Shown here: positions 18,517-30,500 of the stretch, in pieces
Layout: each line of letters opens with the position of its first letter
Position numbering within the stretch: the stretch's first letter is position 1
IMG/VR virus record: IMGVR_UViG_3300033067_000113
Location: 1-64,000 of that record
Length of the DNA stretch: 64,000 bases
Origin: a virus
Lineage: Duplodnaviria > Caudoviricetes
Strand: one strand, 5' to 3'
Notes under the pieces: generated by a model
The model's database searches: none
Told to the model about the DNA's origin: nothing
What the model saw: the letters and a program-made list of their open reading frames with translations, nothing else
Made by a program: the position numbers and the translations under genes

Positions 18517-21500
18517 TTATCCTCGGTCAAATGTTAGTGTTGCATTGTCCATTGAAGTATTATCACCGTCAAAGGTTGCGTTTTCTCTATATTCAATGCT
18601 CTTAAATTCACTGTACCAGATACCCGGTGTGTCTTTTAAGAACTTTGCAATTTTTGTATCATCCTCTTGGATGTTTACTGTACTATCCCAAGAACTACCT
18701 TGGCGTTTAACTATTGTAACTCGTGTACCAAATGGTGCGACTTCTGTTAAGTTAATTGCATTTTCTGTTGTGCTGACTGCAAATTCTGCGGCAAACTCAA
18801 CATCCCCTTCTGGGCTTTCAGGCGCCTGTGTAACACTGTAAAGAACATATGGATTCTTCTTCAGTCTAGTTCCGCCTGCAAATACTTCAACTGCATCTTG
18901 CGATAGAAGTGCAGCCGCCGCTGAGGATAAAGTAGTACCTTTGTAGGTCCATGTGTTATCAAGTGCAACTGTAACTGATGTTAAGTTAATAGTATCAGTG
19001 CCAGTAGATATAACATTTTCAATCATAGAAGTTTCTACATATGGAACTGTTTCACTTGGTCCAATGTCTTGGACTTTTGATCCAACTGGATGAACTGTTG
19101 GGGTTCCAGTACCGAGTGTACCTCTGCGTAGTTGACTCAATATGTTGCCATTGATTGCAAAATATTCAATTCGTTCGCCACGAATCTCTACTACGCCTGG
19201 CTTATTTTTAGCAGGGTTAGGGATGTCAAAGTTACTTGAATCTACTACCTCAATTGTTAAATCATTATAACGCAATGCTCTTACTAGCTCCGTTTGTTTA
19301 TTTAAACTCAAACGCTTAAAGTGTACACGATTCAACATATCTTTGAACTGCATGTATGCAATACCAGCTGATAGTACATTGCTACCAAAAGTTACAATAG
19401 AAATTCTATCATCGTATACAGGGTTAATTGCTAACTTGATCGTTGACAAGTCTGTTAACAATTTAAAATCAACGCCTGGTACTAGTAACTCACCGTTCTT
19501 AGTTACCATTACATAGTAGTCATTAATTACTGCACGGTCAAGTTTAATACGACCGCCAGTTAAGCCAGTATAGTCGTAATATTCTAATGTATCAGGCACT
19601 AATGCGATGTCTGACTTAACAGTGAATCCGCCGCGTTGAATATCTAATATATCGTGTTTGTAGAAACTAGTAACTTCTAAAGTACTACCAACAGTATATG
19701 AATCAGCAAGAACAATCTTTGCTGATGCTAGTGAAGTTGCTGGTACAAACAAGTAACCGCTATTGCTTCTAATGCTGATAATTAATTGCTGTCCGCTATG
19801 TTGTGCATACACTTTCTTGTTAATCTTAATGCTGATACCGCCTAAGTTTGGAATGTAATCAACTCCAGACACTAATAAAGTAGAACCAGCAATAACTACC
19901 AAGTCAGTAATTTCTACGCTGTAAGGAACAAAACGCTTTGGATCAATTTCGTAAGTTAGTCGATTACTCTTAATTGTAAAGTAAGTGTTGTTTGGACCGT
20001 CAAGTACTACTTGACCAACTTTAACAATCATGTTAGCTTCAATCGGTAGTGAATCACCGTAGCTGTTTTGTAAATTGTATTCTAAAGACTCAGTTACTTC
20101 AAATCGTTCTGTCTTAGTAACAGAGTAAGATTGGTCTGCACCGCTTACAATTACAAAATTAATAACAGAATTAGCTAGTGGAGTAATAGGGAATCTAATA
20201 CCTACACGATTAGCAGAATCGTATGTGTCATCTGTTTTAAAGAACTCGACATCAGTTTGCTCACCGTTAACATAAACTAATCCGTTCAATGCTGTTACCC
20301 AAGGTGCTTTAGTAATGAACTCAGATGTTAATCCGTTAGCAATAAAGTAATCTAAGTCAAGAATGTTTGCACCTGCAAATCCAAAACTTAACAATGACAC
20401 CACTTTACCTGCATCAGGAACTGCGTTAAAGACTACAACCTTTCTTTGATAGTCAACTGTGTAGTCGTCTGTTTCGTACATGATAGTATCGCCAACTTTA
20501 ACAATTACAGCTTGCTTGCTATTAGGTTGCTGTGTTAATGCAAACTCAGCATCAGTGCCGTTAGCAACATAAGTGTCAACTTTAAGTTGAGCTGAACCGC
20601 TATTTGGTCTATCAAATACTTTAATTGCAACTGCGTCAACAACTTGCCCAGGTACAACTTCTTCAGTTGCAGGACTACTTGTTGGAGTAACAAATCCGTC
20701 GCCGTCTAAGATAATGTCATCTGCTGACAAACCAGTTGCTGATGAATATGCTAGATCGCCGCCGCTTAATGCAGTATCATAGTCTGCTTCTTGAGGCTTA
20801 ATCGATCCGTCACTAGTACTCTTACGGAAGATAAACTGATCAGTTGCGCCAACTGTAAACTCACTAGGAACTGTAATTGTACTGTTAATACCGTCAGCAA
20901 TATAAGTATCCATTACATTATCAACACCGTCAATACGAACTGGTCTTAGTAATGATGAAATCTTAACTGTGCTACCTGCTGGAGCTGGCTCAACTAGTAC
21001 AAGAGTTCCGTTACCATAGATAGTAACATCAGTCGGTTCAATCAATGTTCTAGTAAAGATTAATGATTCGCCTGCGACTAAATCGTCAAACAATATTTGA
21101 CTTAATTTAATCTGTGTGCCGTTAACTACTGACAATATAGTTGTGTCATAACCAAATACACCGGTTCGAGTTGCAGTAATGACATCACCTGCTTTTAGTC
21201 CAGTGGTATCATCAATAGTAATTGTTGAAACGCCGCTAGTGTTAGTACCAGCATCAATAGTAATGACTACTGTTACCACTGGCTTAACATCAAGAATGTT
21301 ATAAGTGTAAGTTGTTTCTACACCGTCAGATAAGTGTTCATCAGTGTTGTACTTAACATGGTATGCGTTGATTTCTGTGCCGGCGGCTGGAACATATGGT
21401 AATTCAAACACATGATCGTCTGCAGAAACTGTTACAATGTAGTCGTCGAATGTTGGGTCAAAGCTGTCCCACTTATCTGAATAGTAAGGTAATGTTCCCC

Positions 21501-24500
21501 AGCCTGCGCTTACACCAAAGTCTAAACCGCTGACAATTACGCCACCGTAGTCAACACCAGTCATTAACTGAGATAGGTCTTTACCTAATTCTCCGCTAGC
21601 TGGATTGTAGTAGTATTGGATTCTATCTGCCGCACTAAGCACTGACCAATCTTTAATATATGTTATTGAGATAGGAGCGTCTTTTGCTACAGGAGCAGTA
21701 AACTGGATTGAACCTGAATAGCTAGTATAGCCTCTGCTAGTAGACTTAACTGTAGATAGCTTATAGTTGTCTTTAAGAACCTCAACGCCGTTGACAGTTA
21801 CGCTTGATTTACCGTAGCGTGTATCCGGAGCCCACTTTAGAGGCCACTGTAGTCTTGAACCAGTGCCAGTAAATGTTTCAGTTTCTTCTAGTTGTGTAAT
21901 AAAGTAAGTTTGAGTAATACGATCAAACTTCATCTTAATGTAGTTAGAACGAATTACACTTTCACCAATGTAAGCTACTGCTCTAGCATCTACGCCGCCT
22001 TCGCTTCCTAACCCGCCTTCAATAACAACTTGGGGAGTGCTTAAATATCCTGATCCAGGTGTTAGTAATACAATGCGATTAACTCGACCGTTGCTGATAA
22101 ATGCACGACCTGTTGCGCCTGTACCTGTGTCGCTAACAAACTTAACTACTGGAGCATTTGCATAACCTGATCCACCGTCTACTAGAATTAAATCAGTTAC
22201 AGTAAATCCTAAGTTATCTTTCCAATGCTTCCATGGATAAGAATTAATAGCATCGTTATCTGATACAACCGCACCTTCAAAGATGCTAGTTGCAATTGGC
22301 AATGTAGTCTTGTTTTGATACACTGGCATTAGATCAAAGTCAGTCATTGACAACGCACTGTTGTCTAGTGTTGAATAACCGCTTACATACTCTCTAACCT
22401 TAGTTCTATAAGGCTTAACTTCGTTAATGTACTCTTCGTAATTTTCTAAGTTATCATTGTTATAGTTAACTAACTGTCGTAGGCTACCAGTGTTGTGTTG
22501 TGCTTTTACAAAACTTGTCTTGAATACCCAATCTACAAAGTTCTGTTCTGAAAGAACATAGCGAACACTTGTAAAGAACAAGTTTAGATATTCAGAGCGC
22601 AGATCATCAATTAAGATATCATCTCTTAACGCTGTGAGTATAATGCGTAACTCTTGGCTTGCTCCGTTATCAAACATGCTTCCATCATACAACGAACCGT
22701 CAAAGCCGTAAGTTGTATTAGTAAAGGTGTAAATTGTCTTGCTCAATTGGATAGTGCCGTCTTGGCTACCGACAACTTTATATTGCTGTGTCCAGTCAAT
22801 ACTGTCAACATCTGCATACTTTTCTAATAGAATCCAGCCGCCAGCATTTGTTGTTCTAACTTTAACAACATTACCAATAGAGGCTGCGATATTGTTAAGT
22901 TCAACAAAGGTGTCAACTGAATAGTTAATAGCAGTAAACTGACTGTATCCAGTAGCATACCAATCAGCATAAGTCCAGTATCTACGAGTGTCGTATGATT
23001 GTGACTTAATTCTAGACCAAGTTAAAGTAGTAGCATCATAAGAGTGAATACTCCATGTACCGTTTGTACCAGAATCACTTCTTACTAATACACAATAATC
23101 ACGGACTGCAAGTACAGTAGAATCAGCATAGCCTTTACCACCAGAAACAATAGTAACTCCAGTAATCTGGCCTTTAGCATTAATGATTGCTTTTAATACT
23201 GCGCCTGAACCTGAACCAACTACTGTAATTTCAGGTGCAACTAAGTAGCCGTTGCCTTTAGCAACGATAGTAACACTAGCAATTTTACCGTTAACAACTA
23301 CAGGTGTTAATGCTGGTCTAACAAAAGACCCAACGCTAGCAAATCTTAGTTCTGCATCAGTGTCTACTACAGTGTCATAGTATCCGCTGGCAATGTTTGG
23401 TTCTGCGTCATAGCTTGATAAGTTAGCAAGACTTCTAGAATTAACAATGTGAGTGTCAAGTAATGTGAAGTTAGCACGCTCAACAAATTGTTTTAACGCT
23501 TCGAAGCGGTTAACAAACATACCTTGGCGTGGACGATTTTCAACACCGTATCGTAGCTTAGGTGCAAGTGCAGGGTCCGGCACTAGTCTGCCTTGACTGT
23601 CTTTTCCGCATAGGCTGTCAAACCATTTATTTTCAATAGTTGCAGGGATTAGTGAGCTTGGATTGTTGCTCAGTAGCTTCCACTCACTATGAATGTTCTG
23701 ATTTGTTGCATCATTGATCCAATACTCAACTGACAACACTACATCTTTATCTTCTAATAAAGGTTGTGCATTGACTAAACTAAATGTATTTGATCCAGTT
23801 AGTGCTAAGAACTTATATCCTTCACCTCTTGGGTTACTGATTAGGTCAGCAATATCTTGTGCAGACTTAACTCGGCTGTTGATAGCAGGAACAGTCTTCT
23901 TGTTCTTTGCCCAGAAATAGTAAGTGCTCTTATAAGTCTTGCTGATGTTGTCGTAACGGCGCTTAACACTATAGCTAGTGCTGCCATATAAACTAGTTCC
24001 GCTGATGCCCTTAGTTAGGCCCTCTTCAGTATCTGCTTGTTCATCCCATTGCGCTGGAGTTAGTGTAGTTTCAACCCACTCATAAACATCAATGCTTGCG
24101 CCAGGGAATAATGTGTTCCAATTGCTGTTTCTATAAGTTAGTTCATTGTCATATGCATCAATGAACTTAGCAGTTCTTAGATCCCACCATAGCATACCAA
24201 CTTTAGATTTAGCCCAAGCCATGCCGTCGTCCACATTAACTGTGTCGTCACCTACTGAGTAGATTGCAGGATCGTAGAATGTCTTGTACTTGATTTCTTG
24301 TTCAGCAATGCCTGGAATTTTTCCTTGAACTGGGTCAACTACATCTAAGTAAGTAACAATTTTGTTAGTCACTCGGTTGTATAAGAATGCCTTCTTAACT
24401 TTAGTTAGATCAGGCTTTGAAATCTCGCGGTGGATAATATTCCAGCTACGAGCATTAGTTGGCTTTCTATATTCATACACTTTACCTGATACAAATGTTT

Positions 24501-27500
24501 GGTCAAGTGCATAAGGTGCGCCAACGACAATGTAATTACCTGCTGTGGCAAAGCCTGAGCCGTAACCGTCGCCAGCACTTGATGGGTTAACTAGCGTTTC
24601 GCTATAGATCCATTTAGTGTCGTAGCGATCAAAGATATCAACTGTGCCGTTATCAACTTTTGTTTGTTTAAATTCAGTAACACGCTCGTCAAAGAATGTT
24701 GTGTTAGCATCAAAAGTAACTTCAGATGTACTGTCTGCATTCTTGCTGTATACAACTAATGTTTCAAAGTCGTTTAAGAATGCAATCTTAGTGCCGAAGT
24801 GACCAGATGTTTCCGGTCTAGTGCTCTTGATAGTTTGGTATTCAACATACTCGCCGGCAACTAGTTCGTATACTTTTACTACACCTTCATTTAGCTTCTT
24901 GTCATCGGCAAGTATTGACGATATTGCAATGTACTTGCCTGATGAACTGATAGCAGTACTCTGACCAAAGTAAGTGTCAGTGCCTGTGATAGTCTGTAAT
25001 AGATTGTAAGAATCATTTGCTAAGTCATAGACAAACACATTACCAGGAGTAGTTGTGCCCGGAGCAGAAATTAACAATCTGTTAGTTGCTAGACTGATAG
25101 AAATTAGTTCTCCAAAATTTTGATTTGGGCCAACTGGTGATTCGATTGTGTTATCTGCATACTTCCAACCTGTAGAATAAAACTCTAAAATTCCGTCTGG
25201 AGTTGAGCTAGGTGCCTTGTTCAACACTAGTTTTGTAGAGTTAACTACAAGACCAACAATTTGTGTTCCGTCAAAGCCGGTACCACGAACATACATGCCT
25301 GGAGTAATACCAGCAGTGCTTGAAACAATTAAAGTGTTTGATGTACTTCCAACAGGGTTGTAATACGGTGTTGCAGAAATTGTATCACGATAATTTACTT
25401 GATAAACAATACCAGTGTCAGACGCATAACCTGCGGCGCCAACAAATAAGGTGTCGTTGCCAAATGCTAAACTTGATCCAAACTGTTCTCCAGCAACTGG
25501 TGTTGGGCTTAAGAATGTAGTTACTAGACTATAGATATTGTTCTTATCTTTTTCATACAATGAAACTACACCATGAGATGCCAGTGTCAAGTTAGTACCG
25601 TTAACATCAACTTGATTTAGTACAGTTGAGGAAATAGTAGTAACACACGCATATCCAACTCTTGGAGAGCCAACTGCTAACCAGCGGCCATCTTCACTTG
25701 CAACAACAACTTCTGAAATTGCTGATAGATCGCTATTTGGATTAATACCAAACGAATTACTCTTAGCAATGAAAGGTTGAACAATAGTTTGTCTTTGAAT
25801 CCAAGGAGCATTTTGTCCTGGAGTCTTATCATAAACTACAATCTCGCCTTTGTTTGTGCTAATGCCAATGATATTTGCGGCTGCGTTTAAATTAATAGAG
25901 CGACCATATCCTAGGCTTTCAGCAGGGTTAGTATTACGCAACACAGTTGATGTAAACACTGCATTGTATTTCCAAGTTGCCCAAGTGCCGTTACCTGAAT
26001 TATCAGTCCATAGCAATTCATTCTCTAGAATGTCTGAGGGGATAACTTCGTTAGCAAGATCAATCGACGAGATGCGCTGTGTAGTCAAAGCATAAATTAA
26101 GATTGACAACTGCTCTGTAAACGGTGTCCAACCTGCAACTGTAGCATCAACTGTAAACTTGTTTAATGTCTTTGATTTAATCTTGTAAAATCCGCTAAAC
26201 TTTTCAACATTGCTGATTGCAATATAAGACCCAACTTCTAGATCAATTAGTTTAGTAGATGAGATTGTTAGTTCTTTTGCACCAGAATCATAAGTTACAT
26301 CAAGCACATCAATAAAGGTAGGAGTGTATCTGTAAACATTCCAGCTTGGACCGTCAGTACCTGCCCAGATGTAATTACCTACAACGAATCCTGCATTAGA
26401 TGCTGTTAGAATATCGTCGATGTTGCTGACAATCAACTTAACTTCGTCGGGACGAACATATCCCGGAGTGCGAAGGAAGGCCTTGTAATCAGCAACTAAC
26501 GGCCATGGATTGTTATTATAGCCCAATGGCTTTAGGTAAACATCTGTGGGAGTTTGACGATAGACAAAATCTACTTTTGTTTTATCAATAGTATTAACTA
26601 GCTCAAATGCTTGAGGATTGTTCTTAAACTCAGCTTCGTCTAAAACAAATTCAATGTTTTCAAAGCTAGCATTGGCACCGTACTGACCTACACGCAATGC
26701 CCATTCTTCGTAGAAGTCAATGCTGTCAGTGCCTTCGGCACTTAGTACATCAAACAATTTATTTAAACTGTTTTGTGTACCTTTCTCAATAATCATGCCT
26801 TGGTAGAACTTAAACTCGCTTACATCATCCTTAATGATGTTTGACAAGTACTGACGCTTTTGATAGCCAATTAAGTGCTGGGCCATTTTCTGTTGGCCGG
26901 CATCAAAATTATCACTGTCTAGATCATAGAAGTCTGTAAACTGTGCAGCCTTGTATGTCCAGTTAGGCAATAGTTGTGCTGTTGGTTTTTGCTCTAAGCG
27001 GTACCAGCTAGTTGCTTCAAACGCTGAAGTGCCTGGTGTAAATGCATTAGCAGTATAATAGAATTCTTTGTACTTAACAATATCGCCTAGAGAATAATCT
27101 TTCCACGCTTCCCAGTCTTCAATTGTTGCTTGGTCAAAGATAAAGCCCGGTGCATCAAATGCACCTTTCCAATCAGTAGTCACATAACCTGCAATTTTAA
27201 TACGGTCTTGTTTGTAACCGCTTGCAGGATTATAGATAGTATCGTTGAACATTGTGCTGTTGTTAAGCAGTACAACTTGTTCTTTCTGTACCAAGTAGAA
27301 TGTTGCACCGTAGATGCCGTCTTCTCCCTGTGGGGTGTAACTTACTTTGTTATCGTCTCTGTATGAATTTAAGAAGTTTGGAGTAATTGGGGTCCCGTCG
27401 GCTTTAAAAATCTCGTAGCCGTTGAACGGATTACGGATATCATCAACTACGCTGATAGGTGCGTTGAATGTTACTTTCAATGCACTTGGGCTTAGAGAAA

Positions 27501-30500
27501 TAACAGAACTACCTACAGTATTCAATCCATCTAATTTAACAAAGTCATCTTCGATTAGGAACGGGCTAGGTGGAGATGTACGGATAGCACGGAAGTAATC
27601 TCCGTTGTAGCGAACAATTTCCCCGAACTTAGTTTCAGTTTCAGGTAACCAGTCTTTCCATTTGTCAGATCCAGTACTCCAGTTCTGTGTCGTCCAGAAC
27701 ATAAATTCTTTTGCACTAGTTTCCCAGTTAGCTACTGCGCCTAGGTTAAGGTTAAATTCGTCAAAGACAAATCCTTCGTCCTTTAACCACTCGCCGTAAC
27801 CTAATAAGAAGTCAACAACTTCTTGCACTGTTCTAAACTTAGTGCTGTAGGGAACAGTAATAGCTTCATCTCTGTTCCACTTTGTTCTAAAGTATGCATC
27901 GCGTCCGCCAATGATTGGCAAACTTGGTAGAGTTTGATACTTTGAAATATCAAAAGTAGTTGCAACATGCAATACTTTCACTCGATAGTATCTGTTGTTA
28001 TAGGCTACAATCTTGCCAGCGGCATATTGTTCACCTTGAGTCCACTGGCTGAAACTTTCCGAGATACCGCCAATGTTAACTACTCTACCGTCTTGTGTAT
28101 ATGGGTAATATTTGAAGAACGGCTGAGTCTTGCTGTAGCCTTTAACTTCGAATCCATCTTCTAACTTAGTGATAATAACACCACTGTAAGTAATTTTCTT
28201 AATTGGACTTGAGCTATTAAGGATAATGCTGTAGTCTTCTTGAGGGATGAATACCCCTGCAGATGCAGTAGGGCTCTTGCTATCTAGTAGCAAGTTAAAT
28301 TTTTCTTTGCTAGTAAATCCGCCAACACGGTAACTAATTTGACTTGCTAGATTATCCATGTCGTAGACATAACTGTCAAACGATTTTAAGTTATCGCTAA
28401 CAATGTAATCAGCAATATAGTTAATAATACCTGAAGTCTGTACTCGAGTTTTGCTAGAATAAATGCTAGGGAACACAACATCGCTAGGTGTAATTCTCAA
28501 TCCAGTATCTTTGTAAACTAACTGTCCTGTTAGATCTCTAACAATTCGTGAACGGTCTAATAGTAGGCCAAAGATCTTCGATGGGTTCAATAGCATCATT
28601 GTCAGTATCACAGCAAACGGATAGTGACTGCTTCTGCGCCATGTAGCTTCAATTGGGCTAACATCGCCGAATACAAAATCGCCTGCGGCACTAGGTGTAA
28701 TTACACCAGTTGACATATTTGATAGTAGAGGACTAATTAAGTTTCCAGATTCGTCAACAGGAATACATCCTACTAAGAATGGTCTTTCAAATCCTGCCTT
28801 AATGAATGCCGGCTTGCCTGGTTCTCTTACAATACCTGCAGCCATGTCTTCCCATAGGATCAAGTTGTCTCTAGTATAAGGAGCAGGTCCATACACACTA
28901 GTCCACCATGTTGGTTCTTCAAAGAATCCTAACATTTCCCAAGGGCAAATATTTGGACGGTCAGTATCTAACATCCAGCGATAGATACCTCTCCAGTATC
29001 CCGGAGTTTCTCTACCATCCGGAGCAGCATGTCCGCGGTAGTTGTAAGTCATTGAGTTATTTCTGTCATAGCTCAATGGCTTACTAAAATCTCTATCGAT
29101 TAAACTTGTCCACTTGTAGAACTGTGGAGACAGTACTTCGTTAAACTCTGCTAACGAGTATTGTGTTTCTCTAATATAACCCGGTAAAAAGTCGTAGATA
29201 TTAAAGATGCTAGTATCATACTGTACTTTAATGTTATTGTAAATTCGTTTTTCTAATTCAAGAATTAGATCATCACGGAAGTCACCATACGCTAATACTT
29301 GACTACCATCGTGACATTGGATCATTACACGCGGTGTAATCAAACTAGTGTCAGTATAAATTTTAGGTTCAAACTTTGGCCAGATGCCTAACTTGGTAGG
29401 AGTTGCTGGGATAAAACATCCGTCAGTGTTGTCATATTCGTAAACTGTAATAACATCACCGTTCTGTAGAGTTGCTAAAATTTCAACAAACCCTAGACCG
29501 TCAAATGTATACTCTGTCCCGTACAATAGTTGTGTAGAATTTAGATACACATAGACTGCTTTGTTTGATAACTTTGTTAGATCAAAGTTTTCAGACAACG
29601 GATATTTTTTATTTCTATAGTCAATAACTGTAAAGCTGTTAGCAACTTTAGCAGTATATCCTGCCATGTCACTAAAATAGTAAGGAGCAGTAGTTGGCTT
29701 GTCTTTGTTAATTTCAGCTAATACTAAATTAACATGTTCAACAGTTGCAATATCAACACCTAGTGATTCTGCAATAGTAATAAAACTTCGTTTAAATTTA
29801 TTGTAGTCAGCTTGGCTTTGCTCAACCGCTCTAATAACATTGTTGTTATCAGAGGTAATGTGGTACATTGACAAGCTAGCTGGGCCGCTATGTTGTACAA
29901 ACTTAGTACCAAACTGGGTTACATTTCCTAAGTCTCGTAAATTGTTTACGCCTGGGTAAGACCCTTCAAACGCAACTGTGTTATCTACGATAGAGTTAAC
30001 ATGATCGATAACTTCACCTAAAGTGAATTCGCTGATAGTTTCATTTAAAGGATTATTTTGTAAGTTGATTGGAATCTCATAATAGCCTGTGCTATTAACT
30101 GGCTGTGCAGTGAAGGCACGGATTGTCAATACATCAGTAGTTGCAATGTCAGTAGTCAATACTACTTTTTTGTAATCAGGGCAAGTGGTTAATGTCCATA
30201 GAGACTTATCTAAACGGATTCCGTTGACATATATTCTAACTTCTAAATCTAGTAGATTATTAACATCATCAAAAATGTCAATTTCAAAATTGTTTACTTT
30301 ACCGGAATTTTTATAAATTCTAATTGCGGCCTGTGTATTCTTAGCACTGCTAATTTGCCATCCGTTAACATACGCAACTGCGGCTGACTCTGTAGACTTA
30401 ACTAAGTGTCCAGCGGCAATTTTTTTAGTAACAATTTCTGCAACATCTTTGTACTCAAAGGTATCTGTTGCTAGGGCAAAATTGAATACAATGTCGCCAA